This document shows, piece after piece, positions 36,456-45,455 of a stretch of 64,000 nucleotides of DNA. Position 1 is the first letter of the stretch. The number at the start of each line of letters is the position of its first letter. The position numbers were made by a program, and so were the translations under genes. The notes below the pieces were generated by a model. The model did not search any database, was not told where the DNA came from, and was given only the letters and a program-made list of their open reading frames with translations. This DNA comes from an uncultured virus (IMG/VR IMGVR_UViG_3300032138_000963) (lineage: Duplodnaviria; Heunggongvirae; Uroviricota; Caudoviricetes): IMG/VR virus record IMGVR_UViG_3300032138_000963; one strand, 5' to 3'.

Positions 36456-37111
36456 TTGCCAAATTGATCTTTCGTGAGCTGAAGTCTCGAGGCAACGGGG
36501 CCGACCTGATCTCGATATCGACCCTTGTACAGCTCGATCGCTCCCATGGGCTTGAGGAAGTATGCCTGGCAGATAGGAGTGCCAGCGTAGACGCGGATGG
36601 GGTGGATGACGTGGATCTCCAGAGTGATCTGCCCTTTGAATCCGAGGTCGCAAAAGCCTGCGGTGACGTGAACGTGCAGTCCGAGTCTGCCAATACTCGA
36701 GCGACCTTCGACGATGGGTACGAATAGATTCGACCCGATGCATTCGATGGTTGTGCCGAGGTAGAGAATCCCCGGCCTCAGGATGATTCCAGTCTCAGGA
36801 ATCGGAAGCTCGAATGCGGGATTTTCCTTGCGCATGTCGAGTGGCTCGCTGCCGGATCGCGCGTAGACGGGGTGCTCTGGGCTCCCGGATCCCTCATCGA
36901 AGCGCCTGACGGCATTCTCGTAGACGAGCAGCTTGTCGCCCAGTCGCAGGTCGACTGAGTTCGGGCCGACGAGTTCAGGGTCGTAGGGATCGATGTGAAC
37001 CTCGTCCATCGTCGTGACGAGATCCTTGTCGAACGCCTTCCGCACGCCGTCCTTCACATCTTCGAGTCCGGCGGTGACGCGTGCGCGTATTTCAGGGCCT
37101 GTGAGAATCAT
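36452..37111 (-). CDS. dcd: dCTP deaminase
   Basis: PNSVDLRLG, EGRSSIGRLGL.VHVTAGFCDLGFKGQITLE, YKGRY..Q. Confidence 0.92.
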   Translation of the reverse strand: MILTGPEIRARVTAGLEDVKDGVRKAFDKDLVTTMDEVHIDPYDPELVGPNSVDLRLGDKLLVYENAVRRFDEGSGSPEHPVYARSGSEPLDMRKENPAFELPIPETGIILRPGILYLGTTIECIGSNLFVPIVEGRSSIGRLGLHVHVTAGFCDLGFKGQITLEIHVIHPIRVYAGTPICQAYFLKPMGAIELYKGRYRDQVGPVASRLQLTKDQFGK

Positions 37112-37479
37112 GCTTTGAGTCCGTACTGAGACCTACGCCGCCAGGCGCGTCCTCCGAATATGTGAACAGCGCGCCACATGTTCTTGCGTCGCCATTTGGT
37201 CACGCCGTCTTGCTCGAGAAGCTCGAAAAAGATCAGGTCCGCCTCCTCCTTGTCCACCTCGTGGGTGACGTAGAGCCGGTCGTGTATGAGCGCTGCCCGA
37301 ACGACCTTCGGGTGATAGGGGGAGTGGAAAGCGGTCCAGAAAAATGGGGGTATCGAAGCCCCGTCGAACTCGAATCCCTGAGGGACCGTGATGGCGCTCC
37401 CCCTGACTATGAGGGTGTAGTCGTTGTCGAGACAGTAGTTGCCCGATACCGGGTGCGGGTGAATTGAAAAATCCTGCAT
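37108..37479 (-). CDS. DUF1353-like protein
   Basis: VPQGFEFDGASIP...AALIHDRLY...ADLIF. Confidence 0.85.
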   Translation of the reverse strand: MQDFSIHPHPVSGNYCLDNDYTLIVRGSAITVPQGFEFDGASIPPFFWTAFHSPYHPKVVRAALIHDRLYVTHEVDKEEADLIFFELLEQDGVTKWRRKNMWRAVHIFGGRAWRRRSQYGLKA

Positions 37480-37499
37480 GCCCGATCATATCAAGCGCC

Positions 37500-38129
37500 T
37501 CAATTCACGAGCTGGACCTCGACGGTCAAGTCGCCGCCGCCCATCGTCGGCCCCTGCCACTGGCACGGTGGTTTTGGATCGTACTGCGTCCCGTCCTTGC
37601 AGTCGAACTTTCCCTTGGCGATTCCGCATGGAGGATTCTGTCGCTCGACGCAGATGTCGCATCCGTAGGGGAACACGCCGAGCATTTTGTCGTTCCCGGT
37701 CTGGCCGACTGGCGGTCCAAAAACGAGCGCGCTCTTCCCGGTTGGTGTTGCCGTTATCTGAACCTTGTTGCTGAACCCGTCGACGAGGCTCACGTCGAGC
37801 GTGTCGTACCACTTGGGGTTGTTGATGTTGACCTCAGCCTTCGTCACTCCGCAGCCAACCTCAGCGTCGAATGACAGCGTCGCATTGAGATAGTCGGTTC
37901 CTGGGAGGGGTTGACTGTCTCCTGCCGCCAGCGGGAAGCTGCAGTTCAATCCGGAACCCGAACAAAACGACCAGTCGCTCGCGGTGATCTGCGAGTCACT
38001 TCCAAACGAGACGTATACCGTCGTCGGAGAGCCTGTCCCATTGTGGACGGATGCGGTTGTGGAACTCGTCGCGGGTGGGCCGCAGTGGCACGACGCGATC
38101 AGCAGCAGTGGTAGAAGTGTTCTTTTCAT
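37500..38129 (-). CDS. Thaumatin-like secreted protein or lipoprotein
   Basis: Signal/lipobox-like LLIASC; TKAEVNI...YDTLDVSLVDGFS resembles the thaumatin signature; Cys-rich. Confidence 0.65.
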   Translation of the reverse strand: MKRTLLPLLLIASCHCGPPATSSTTASVHNGTGSPTTVYVSFGSDSQITASDWSFCSGSGLNCSFPLAAGDSQPLPGTDYLNATLSFDAEVGCGVTKAEVNINNPKWYDTLDVSLVDGFSNKVQITATPTGKSALVFGPPVGQTGNDKMLGVFPYGCDICVERQNPPCGIAKGKFDCKDGTQYDPKPPCQWQGPTMGGGDLTVEVQLVN

Positions 38130-38297
38130 GGTGCCCCGCCCGGGTTTCGAACCCAGCGCCCTCCGTTCCCGCCAAGAAATACTGAGGCTGCGGGATGCCG
38201 CCTCTCGGATGTCGTCCTCCAAATAGGAGTGGGGCATTGTGCCGGCCTTCCACCGGCTCGGGCTAGGCGCCTTGGGATCGCTCCCGCTCTTCCTCCT

Positions 38298-39086
38298 TTA
38301 CGCGAGGAAGTACTTGGTACCCCGCGCCTCTCCGCACTTGTCGATCTTGTCGTTCTCGAACAGATCGAGAAGCAGCGGCCGAACGGCGTCGGCGTCGCCG
38401 CCGATTTCATCGCGGATCTGCTTGCTCGACATGGCCGAGTCCTCATCTTTCGCCTTGTTGCTACGAAGGCAGGAGAGGATTCCCTTCTTCGAAACATCGT
38501 CTCCGTCACCAGACTTCTTGCCCTTGCCGCTGGACTTCTTCTTGCCCTTGGACTTGGACTTCGACTTGGACTTCGACTTGGACTTTTCATCGGAGGACTT
38601 CTTCTTCTTGCCCTTCGACTTCTTCTTGTCCTTGTTCTTCTTGTCCTTGTCCTTCTTCTTCTTGGCGCCCTTCTTCTTTTTCTTGGCAGGCTCCGGGTCG
38701 TCGTCGTCGAGGTCGTCGTCGTCGTCGTCGAACTCATCGTCGTCGTCGAGGTCGTCGTCCTCTTCCTCGTCATCGTCACCAGCGGGCTCGTCGTCGGCTG
38801 GTGAGGGGGCTGATGTGGCCGGCGATCCGGTTGCGACAGACCCGGTGGTGACGGCAGCGGCCAGCTCCTCGAGCGTGAGACGCTTGAAGATCTCCAGCAT
38901 GATGTAGTCACCGTCGTCGTCCTCCTCGAGCGCGTCGAGGATTCCCCCAACAGATTGGCTCGAGTTCTCACAGACGGTCTTGAGCAACGCATCGCGCGCC
39001 TGGGCGACCTGATTGTCCTTGAGCTTTTCGAGGAAGGGGTTCGCCTTCTTCGGCTTGCTGCTGCTATCGTTTTCTTCGTCTGACAT
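38298..39086 (-). CDS. Putative DNA-binding protein with acidic and basic tracts and C-terminal winged helix
   Basis: D-run then K/S-run; SSKQIRDEIGG.....L..L....I...GEARGTKY. Confidence 0.7.
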   Translation of the reverse strand: MSDEENDSSSKPKKANPFLEKLKDNQVAQARDALLKTVCENSSQSVGGILDALEEDDDGDYIMLEIFKRLTLEELAAAVTTGSVATGSPATSAPSPADDEPAGDDDEEEDDDLDDDDEFDDDDDDLDDDDPEPAKKKKKGAKKKKDKDKKNKDKKKSKGKKKKSSDEKSKSKSKSKSKSKGKKKSSGKGKKSGDGDDVSKKGILSCLRSNKAKDEDSAMSSKQIRDEIGGDADAVRPLLLDLFENDKIDKCGEARGTKYFLA

Positions 39087-39122
39087 TTCTTCTTCTGCTC
39101 CTTGCCGGCGAATAGACCGGCC

Positions 39123-39734
39123 TCATTTGGTTTTGGCTTTTGGCCTTCGAGGCGCCCATATTTTGACGCCCCATCTTTGATACGTGAAGACGTAACCGAA
39201 TACGTCGTTCAGAAAAATCCTGGACCTTGCGTAGATACCAGGCGAACTACTTTCTCGTGGTCCTGCCACGTTGAGGATTTCGATACTTCGTGTGACTTCA
39301 CCTTCCTCGACCATGGTTTCGCAGATCCATCTCACTGCTTTCGGAACCGTGTACGACTTTGATGGATCGAACAATCGATACGGCTTGCCCAGCCTCTGAG
39401 CCGTCTTGATGGTGAGCTTGGTGCCTGGACCAAGAACTCGCCCCCCTCCTTGGAATCGGAGGATCATGGTCGCGTCCGAATCCGTGATATTGCGAAGCGT
39501 GCGGGATTTGTAGTCCCGACTCTGGGCGTGTTCCTCGAGTCCGCATCCTAGCCGATCTGAGTTGAAATAGCGATCCGGAATCGCGCCGTCTTCTGCGAGG
39601 CGACCCCTGGGAACGCATCCTCCCCAGGAATATACGAGCCTGTAAATCGCGCTGTCAAGCGCTGCCCGATCGACGCCTGTTTGAGCGCCGGAGATGATTC
39701 TTTTGAGGCCATTCAAGAGTGCGGTCTTCTTCAA
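39123..39734 (-). CDS. SLOG-fold putative molybdenum-carrier-like protein
   Basis: IISGAQTGVDRAALD, GGCVPRGRLAEDG, RTLRNITDSDAT, LNVAGPRES; start uncertain. Confidence 0.85.
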   Translation of the reverse strand: MKKTALLNGLKRIISGAQTGVDRAALDSAIYRLVYSWGGCVPRGRLAEDGAIPDRYFNSDRLGCGLEEHAQSRDYKSRTLRNITDSDATMILRFQGGGRVLGPGTKLTIKTAQRLGKPYRLFDPSKSYTVPKAVRWICETMVEEGEVTRSIEILNVAGPRESSSPGIYARSRIFLNDVFGYVFTYQRWGVKIWAPRRPKAKTK

Positions 39735-40293
39735 GGTCGAGTACGTCCGCGAGCAGGAGGGAAAGCTCCGACCCGCGATCTTCGAGCGCGCGGTTCACGA
39801 TGTTTGTGCTGAATCTTACGGTTGTGTGGTCGCATCCAAGAACTCTTGCAATCCGGTAATAGGAGAACATTCCGGTCGACCAGGTCAGCCATAGGCAGAG
39901 CCTTCTGGCTGCGACGGGCCCCCTCGCTCTGCTGCCGGTCAGTATATCGGAAGGTGGAATATGGGTCACCATGGAAATCGGAAGAGCAGCCCTCCACAAA
40001 AACCATTGGAGTTTGAATTCGTCCTGGAGCTTACCTATGCTTCGGTTAGCGTTCAGCTTGATGGTCGCAATATCGTCCTCGAGCTTCCGGAGTGCGGCTT
40101 TGCGTGATCGAAGCTTCTCGATGAAGTGGATGTGACTGCAACCTGCGCGGAGCTTTTCTGCGTCGATCTGCATTTGCAGTTCAACGATCCGGACCCGGGC
40201 CATGTGTCTGAAGATGTTCGGGCACTCGAGTTCAGAACTCATCGTCCCCGTCGTATCGGAAGTCGCTTCGCTCATCGATTTCCTGTTCGACAA
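39655..40293 (-). CDS. Protein with DnaA C-terminal (domain IV)-like HTH
   Basis: DILTGSRARGPVAARRLCLWL......SYYRIARVLGCDHTTVRFS. Confidence 0.75.
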   Translation of the reverse strand: MSNRKSMSEATSDTTGTMSSELECPNIFRHMARVRIVELQMQIDAEKLRAGCSHIHFIEKLRSRKAALRKLEDDIATIKLNANRSIGKLQDEFKLQWFLWRAALPISMVTHIPPSDILTGSRARGPVAARRLCLWLTWSTGMFSYYRIARVLGCDHTTVRFSTNIVNRALEDRGSELSLLLADVLDLEEDRTLEWPQKNHLRRSNRRRSGSA

Positions 40294-42169
40294 GTCCCTT
40301 GCCGGTCATCTCGAAATACATCTCCTTGGTCGCGTCGCCGAACCGATTCTTGCCCTCGCACCCGAGCGAGCGCATTCGGCTCCGCTTGGATGGGGACATG
40401 AAGCTCAGGACAACATCGACGTGGTGCTCGAGCGCTTTCGGCCCAGCGATATTCCCCTTCTTGTCGACGTGGGAGACGATGATGACGGCGATGCCGGATC
40501 CCTCTTCGTCTCCCACACCCTTGCACCACTTGAGGAAATGGTGGCCAATGGATTTCACCTGAGTGATCGATCCGGGAGGCTTCTTGCATTCGTCGACGGC
40601 AACGGTGCTCACGGAGTCGATGACGAGAACGGATACGCCAAGCCTTTCGGCCACGAGGCATATTCGGTTGACGCTTTTTTCCGGCAGTAGTAGTAGGTTG
40701 TCGTGTTCGCACTCGAGCCTGCCAAGAGCTTCGCCGATTTGGTCGGCGCTTTCCTCTCCGCTTGCGTAAAGGATTTTGGCGCCCGGATTCGCCTCGCAGA
40801 TGTTGTAGCAGACCTGCCTCGCAAGGGTGGATTTGCCAATCCCTGGGAAGCCTCCGAGCAGGACGATAGACCCGGCGACGAGCCCCCGTCGCCCCTCCTT
40901 GCCGCCGAGTAGCCCGTCGACGCCATCCATGCCGGTGGACATGCGCTCGTACTCGACAACTTCAGCAGCAGCTGACGTCGATGTCACGACTCCAAGGTCG
41001 TCGAAATCCTCCTCATTCGCTTCGGCTTCGCCATCGGAATAGCGCTCCTGAATCTCTCGCTCGTCAGCCTCTTCGTGCTTTTCTAGGTTGTCGAGCCACC
41101 GAGACTCCATCGAGGTCGCCACCTCTCGAGCTGCCGTATCGTCCGAGTCATCGTAGTGCCCGAGCAAGGTTCGGGTATCCTTGTGACCCGTAGATTTCAT
41201 GACCCGCCTCGGATCCGCCTCCGCCTCGAGGCTGTCGGTGGCGTGGAGATGTCGGAAGCCGTGTGGAGTGAGCTTCTTCTTCGTCGCCGCCTCCCTACCG
41301 ATACCTTCGATGATTCGTTGGGCTGACCGAATTGAAAGGCGTCCGCTTCCACGCTTGGCGCGGTCGAGGGAGATCATGATCGGACCCTGAGCCCGACCTC
41401 GGACCTCTAGCCACTCCTCGAGCGCCTCGAAGGTTTCCGGCCCCACAGGCCGCCAGACATATCGTGAGACAGACTCCCCCTTCCCTTTCCACTTGACTCG
41501 GAACCGTCGACTTTCGAAGTCGATGTTCTCCAGGTCGAGGGAGATTGCCGAGGAGATTCGGACCCCCATGAACGCGAGCATGTAGACCAGGAATCGATTG
41601 CGCATCGATCCGCGACCCTCAGCTGTATTCACGACACGGATGATGCGCCGAAACTCGGCAGGGCTTGGGCCGCTGGTATCTGTGACGCGACCACCCTTCA
41701 CGTTCTTGACGTCGAGCTTCCATTCAACCCACCCAACTCGTCGGGCTGCGTCGACGAACCAACGCATCGCCGCAAGGCGCACGTTGATCGTGTTCGGAGA
41801 AAGCTCGAGGTCTTGCTCCATCCACATGATGTATTCCTCGACGAGAGTCGTGGCCTCCATGTAGGAAAGAACGATCAGTCGCGCGACGATGTTCGAGACC
41901 TTGGAGTTGATCCTTTTTAGCCCGAGGTATTTTCCAAAGTGCCGAGCCGCACTCTGGTAGCTGCGCTTTGTCTCATCGCTGAGGCGATCCCAGTGTCGCT
42001 TGAACCGTCGCTGAGCCTTCTCGTTCCATCCCTTGGCGCTGCGAATTTCGCCGCGCTCTTGCATCTTGGCAAGGTCGGTCTGCTTGTCCTCGAGCTTGTC
42101 TTGGACGAAGGAGTCGCTGTACCAGGGCGAGAAGATCTCAGCCCCGGACATGTTTTTTGGCCTGGCCAT
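40232..42169 (-). CDS. Tyrosine recombinase fused to a RadA/Sms-type ATPase domain
   Basis: GVRISS, KGKG, HGFRH, GH...HY catalytic set, then GFPGIGKST, YASGEES, VIDS, AGPKALEHHVD, KNRFG. Confidence 0.9.
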   Translation of the reverse strand: MARPKNMSGAEIFSPWYSDSFVQDKLEDKQTDLAKMQERGEIRSAKGWNEKAQRRFKRHWDRLSDETKRSYQSAARHFGKYLGLKRINSKVSNIVARLIVLSYMEATTLVEEYIMWMEQDLELSPNTINVRLAAMRWFVDAARRVGWVEWKLDVKNVKGGRVTDTSGPSPAEFRRIIRVVNTAEGRGSMRNRFLVYMLAFMGVRISSAISLDLENIDFESRRFRVKWKGKGESVSRYVWRPVGPETFEALEEWLEVRGRAQGPIMISLDRAKRGSGRLSIRSAQRIIEGIGREAATKKKLTPHGFRHLHATDSLEAEADPRRVMKSTGHKDTRTLLGHYDDSDDTAAREVATSMESRWLDNLEKHEEADEREIQERYSDGEAEANEEDFDDLGVVTSTSAAAEVVEYERMSTGMDGVDGLLGGKEGRRGLVAGSIVLLGGFPGIGKSTLARQVCYNICEANPGAKILYASGEESADQIGEALGRLECEHDNLLLLPEKSVNRICLVAERLGVSVLVIDSVSTVAVDECKKPPGSITQVKSIGHHFLKWCKGVGDEEGSGIAVIIVSHVDKKGNIAGPKALEHHVDVVLSFMSPSKRSRMRSLGCEGKNRFGDATKEMYFEMTGKGLVEQEIDERSDFRYDGDDEF

Positions 42170-42202
42170 ATTGACTGGAGCCTAACTATGAAGCAGCAAA
42201 GG

Positions 42203-42424
42203 TCAACGCCCAGGATGCTCTGGTTTCAGGTCGAGTTCGCGCATCACACGGCGGAGGTTGTGCATCAAGGTCTCCTGCGTTCTGGTCATATCTGCGACGC
42301 GCTTTTCCAGCTCATCAACGGAGGTGTCGGCGGATTTTTTCAGCTCGCGCAGCTTTTTCTTTAGCGATCTGACCTTCTTGGTCAGCTGTGCTCGGCTCAG
42401 GACTTCTTCCTTTTCCTGGGTCAT
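42203..42424 (-). CDS. Small coiled-coil protein
   Basis: Heptad pattern; start uncertain. Confidence 0.6.
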   Translation of the reverse strand: MTQEKEEVLSRAQLTKKVRSLKKKLRELKKSADTSVDELEKRVADMTRTQETLMHNLRRVMRELDLKPEHPGR

Positions 42425-42447
42425 ATTCTTCGCTCCACTCGACCTCG

Positions 42448-42735
42448 TCACATTTTGCGGCGTCGGTCAAGCTGCAGAACTTCGCCGCCATCCCCTCCGT
42501 TCCGAGGGTTGCCCAGGTGGCTATCGTGATGGCTATCCCGATCGCTAGATCGAAGGCGAGAAACTTCTTTACCGCTTCTGAGATTCGCATAGGTTTCACT
42601 CTTCTTGAGCGCCTGCACGAGGGTGTAACCCTCGACCTTGATGCTCGGGCGATTACGTCGCAGGACGAAGACGTCGAAGGCCCACGCGAGCCCGACACCC
42701 GTTGCCAGCAGCATTATCATGACGATGATTCCCAT
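42448..42735 (-). CDS. Membrane-anchored hypothetical protein
   Basis: N-terminal TM; an overlapping alternative frame (42315..42591) is also plausible. Confidence 0.4.
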   Translation of the reverse strand: MGIIVMIMLLATGVGLAWAFDVFVLRRNRPSIKVEGYTLVQALKKSETYANLRSGKEVSRLRSSDRDSHHDSHLGNPRNGGDGGEVLQLDRRRKM

Positions 42736-43019
42736 TATCGTATTGTGCCTTTCGCTGTCTTGATAATCCGATTCATTTTGTCGAGCGCCCGCTTCACCTT
42801 TGCAGGCGCTCGACCGTATCGCATCGTTCCGACGCTGAATACGCCGTCAAGGTGAACCTTGCCAGTCTGGGACGTTGCGGGGTTCAATGCAAGTCTGATT
42901 TGCACACAGACCGCATTTGCAAGCTGGACACACTCCTCCCACGCCCCCTCTTCGATGGCGTCATTGAGGCGGCGTTGGTGTTTCCAGATTACGGTGACGG
43001 GGACTTCCCCGTCAGTCAT
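42735..43019 (-). CDS. Hypothetical protein
   Basis: Packed ORF. Confidence 0.6.
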   Translation of the reverse strand: MTDGEVPVTVIWKHQRRLNDAIEEGAWEECVQLANAVCVQIRLALNPATSQTGKVHLDGVFSVGTMRYGRAPAKVKRALDKMNRIIKTAKGTIR

Positions 43020-43372
43020 ACAGGCTCGATATTGCGAGCGAGGCCGCCAACCTCATCCGAGAGTAGGCGAATGGCCTTCTCTGAAGTGGCAAGCGCGAAC
43101 CAGTTTTCACGGTCGAGCTTGGGGGCTTTGGCTGCGTCTCCGAATCCTCGAAAGTCCTTGTTGGAGAGCTGAAAGTGCTCGCCTTCAGGATAATCGGGAT
43201 CGAGAGATGTGAGGGGGCCACGCCAGTACACGAATCCGCCCTTGGCCTTCTTCGGCCTCCCGAGCTGACTCACGATTTCGTCGTAAGACAGTTCGCGCAA
43301 GATCCCCTGATGGGTGACTTCCCAGTCGTCGTGTTGCGTACCTTTTCCGAGTAGGTTGTCTAGAAAACCCAT
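43016..43372 (-). CDS. Hypothetical protein
   Basis: SD AAAGGAAG; packed. Confidence 0.65.
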   Translation of the reverse strand: MGFLDNLLGKGTQHDDWEVTHQGILRELSYDEIVSQLGRPKKAKGGFVYWRGPLTSLDPDYPEGEHFQLSNKDFRGFGDAAKAPKLDRENWFALATSEKAIRLLSDEVGGLARNIEPV

Positions 43373-43395
43373 GCGCTTCTTCCTTTGGGGTGGTT

Positions 43396-43845
43396 CTACT
43401 CGTCGCCGTCTTCAGCGTCAACCTGACGGGCGGCCAGTTGGGCGGCGTAATCGTCGCATATTTGCGCTGTGCGTGGGCTCATGCCGCCGCTGCTGCTCGC
43501 CGCCGCCGCCTTCTTCTTGCCTGCCTTCTTGGCGGTCTTTTTGGGCGCCGGCTTTGCAGCCTTCTTGGGCGCCGGCTTTGCAGCCTTCTTCGCAGCCTTC
43601 TTCGTGGCCTTTTTGGCGGTCTTCTTCTTGGCTGCCTTCTTCGCCGGCTTCTTCTTGGTCGCCTTCTTCGCGGTCTTCTTCTTGGCTGCCTTCTTCGCCG
43701 GCTTCTTCTTGGTCGCCTTCTTCTTCGCAGCCTTCTTCTTCGCGGTCTTCTTCTTGACCGTTCTCTTGGTCGCCTTCTTGGCAGTCTTCTTCTTCGCCGC
43801 CTTCTTCGCGGTCTTCTTCTTGGTCTTCTTCTTGGTCTTGCTCAT
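43396..43845 (-). CDS. Histone H1-like Lys/Ala-rich protein
   Basis: KKAAKKKTAKKATKK repeats. Confidence 0.85.
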   Translation of the reverse strand: MSKTKKKTKKKTAKKAAKKKTAKKATKRTVKKKTAKKKAAKKKATKKKPAKKAAKKKTAKKATKKKPAKKAAKKKTAKKATKKAAKKAAKPAPKKAAKPAPKKTAKKAGKKKAAAASSSGGMSPRTAQICDDYAAQLAARQVDAEDGDE

Positions 43846-44369
43846 CGTCCTCTTGCTCCTGTGACGTTAGCCCAGGTGATCCCTCGGTGAATATCCGAGA
43901 CAGCCTGTCTGGACACGCCGAACCTGTCGGCGATTTCCTGTTGGGTGCTTTTACCCTTGAGGCGATAGATCTGTTTTGCATGCTTGCGGATCAGCTCAGC
44001 TTGGCTGTTCCGTTCGCCGACCTGGTCGGTGCCGTGACGATGTTTGTCGAGCTTGTTGTCGAGGTAGGTTCCGTACTCGAGGTTGGAGAGCTTGGGTCTC
44101 CACGTTTTCCCGTCCTTGTGTCGGACGAGGCGGCCTCGAGCGGGGCCAAGGAATGCGTGGGCGACGATGATGTGGACTCGCTCGACCTTTTTCTTTCCGG
44201 CTGAGGTTTGCAGCGTGACCCGGATGTATCCATCCGTTCCACGCCTCGTTTTCATGAGCTTCGGTTTGCCGCCAGCCTTCCAGCTGCGCAGTCGACCAAG
44301 CGTGCTGACGTCGTAGTCCCTGTATCCCGGGACCTGACGCCATCGCTCCTTAGTCGACTGCCGAGGCAT
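43842..44369 (-). CDS. NUMOD4/HNH homing-endonuclease-like protein with C-terminal HTH
   Basis: WRQVPGY..YDVSTLGRLRS, VHIIVAHAFLGP, VRHKDG....LSNLEYGT, QQEIADRFGVS. Confidence 0.85.
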   Translation of the reverse strand: MPRQSTKERWRQVPGYRDYDVSTLGRLRSWKAGGKPKLMKTRRGTDGYIRVTLQTSAGKKKVERVHIIVAHAFLGPARGRLVRHKDGKTWRPKLSNLEYGTYLDNKLDKHRHGTDQVGERNSQAELIRKHAKQIYRLKGKSTQQEIADRFGVSRQAVSDIHRGITWANVTGARGR

Positions 44370-44382
44370 AGTACGAGTTGTA

Positions 44383-44688
44383 TCAGCGTATGGCGCCTGC
44401 TGCCAAGCTGTCCTTGCCGCGCCTCGTTACGCGGTAGATCCTGAGCCCTGCGGGCAAGAGGTTTCCGGAGACCACAAGGGACTGCCGCTCGAGCATCTTC
44501 AGCGATGTGTCAACGGCAGTCTCGGACATGCCGACCCGCGCGGCTATCTCACCCGAGGAGAGCACGCCGAGATTCGCGGCGTCGAGAACCTTCAGAAGTT
44601 TTTTCTTGGCGCTGAATGAAAGGAACATCCTCGCTATCCCGGAAAAGGATACCACGAGAACGCCTAATCCGAAAAGTCCGGTCGGCAT
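44383..44688 (-). CDS. Winged-helix protein with N-terminal hydrophobic segment
   Basis: SSGEIAARVGMS......LKMLERQSLV...YRVTRRG. Confidence 0.65.
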   Translation of the reverse strand: MPTGLFGLGVLVVSFSGIARMFLSFSAKKKLLKVLDAANLGVLSSGEIAARVGMSETAVDTSLKMLERQSLVVSGNLLPAGLRIYRVTRRGKDSLAAGAIR

Positions 44689-45102
44689 CTACTCACCCCG
44701 CTCGCCCTTCTTTTCGGCCAGAAAAGCATCAGCTGCAGCTTGCGCCGCCTGTTCGGAATCGAAGACTGTCGGATTCTTGTAGCCGTGCTCCATCACCATC
44801 CAGCCATCGTCGGTGTCGATGTAATCCACACCGTGGAAAGTTACGTGCGCGAAGACGTCTTCATCATCGCCCATATCGGCGTAGGCCGAATCTTCATCAT
44901 CGTACGGCTCCGAGAACTCGTTGATCGGCGCGGCGAGTTCTCGAGACAGGTCACAAAGCCTGACGCTCAGATCGTTGTAGCCCATGGACTTGAGCATCCT
45001 GTGGACTGCGGAGAGAGCGTCCCATGTCCCATCCCGATGACCGAGGTCATGGCTGAGCTTCAGGACTTCTTTTACTTTCAGATCGAGTGCAATGCTGGAC
45101 AT
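44689..45102 (-). CDS. Hypothetical protein
   Basis: Packed ORF. Confidence 0.65.
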   Translation of the reverse strand: MSSIALDLKVKEVLKLSHDLGHRDGTWDALSAVHRMLKSMGYNDLSVRLCDLSRELAAPINEFSEPYDDEDSAYADMGDDEDVFAHVTFHGVDYIDTDDGWMVMEHGYKNPTVFDSEQAAQAAADAFLAEKKGERGE

Positions 45103-45116
45103 CGTCGGCAGTCTCC

Positions 45117-45158
45117 AAATAGAAACGGGACGACCGGCTTCCCAGTCGCCCCGTTTCT
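45117..45158 (-). terminator. Probable intrinsic terminator
   Basis: agaaacggg...cccgtttct stem; T-rich tail on the - strand. Confidence 0.5.
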
Positions 45159-45164
45159 CGCCGG

Positions 45165-45446
45165 CTACGAGTTCATGTGCTTGTCGTAGTCCGGATGTAC
45201 GAAGATGACTTTCCCGTGCAGCTGCCGGAAGGCGACGACATATCGCTTTCCCTTTATCACACCTTTCTTGGTGCGAATAAGCCCCTCTTCCATCAGCTCT
45301 ACGTGAAGGATCTCGAAATGCTCGAGATCCAATCCGTTAGAGATCAGGTCGTGGGCCGCTGCCTCCGCATCCTCTTCCGTGGATGAGAGAGACAGGACTA
45401 ACGTGACTTGGGGAAGTCTCTGTTCGTGGACGTTGCTGTCGTCCAT
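45165..45446 (-). CDS. Hypothetical protein
   Basis: SD AAGGAGG. Confidence 0.65.
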   Translation of the reverse strand: MDDSNVHEQRLPQVTLVLSLSSTEEDAEAAAHDLISNGLDLEHFEILHVELMEEGLIRTKKGVIKGKRYVVAFRQLHGKVIFVHPDYDKHMNS

Positions 45447-45455
45447 GGCCCTCCT

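Noticed and set aside
38126..38992. Overlapping alternative-frame ORFs with poly-Thr/Val/Ser
   Set aside because: They are shadows of the low-complexity gene 38298..39086.
40232..41000. Host chromosomal radA marking a prophage boundary
   Set aside because: The domain lacks the Zn finger and Lon-like domain, is fused in frame to the recombinase, and is flanked on both sides by phage-type genes.
43314..43890. + strand hydrophobic ORFs (AAFFAVFF repeats)
   Set aside because: They are antisense shadows of the histone-like gene 43396..43845.
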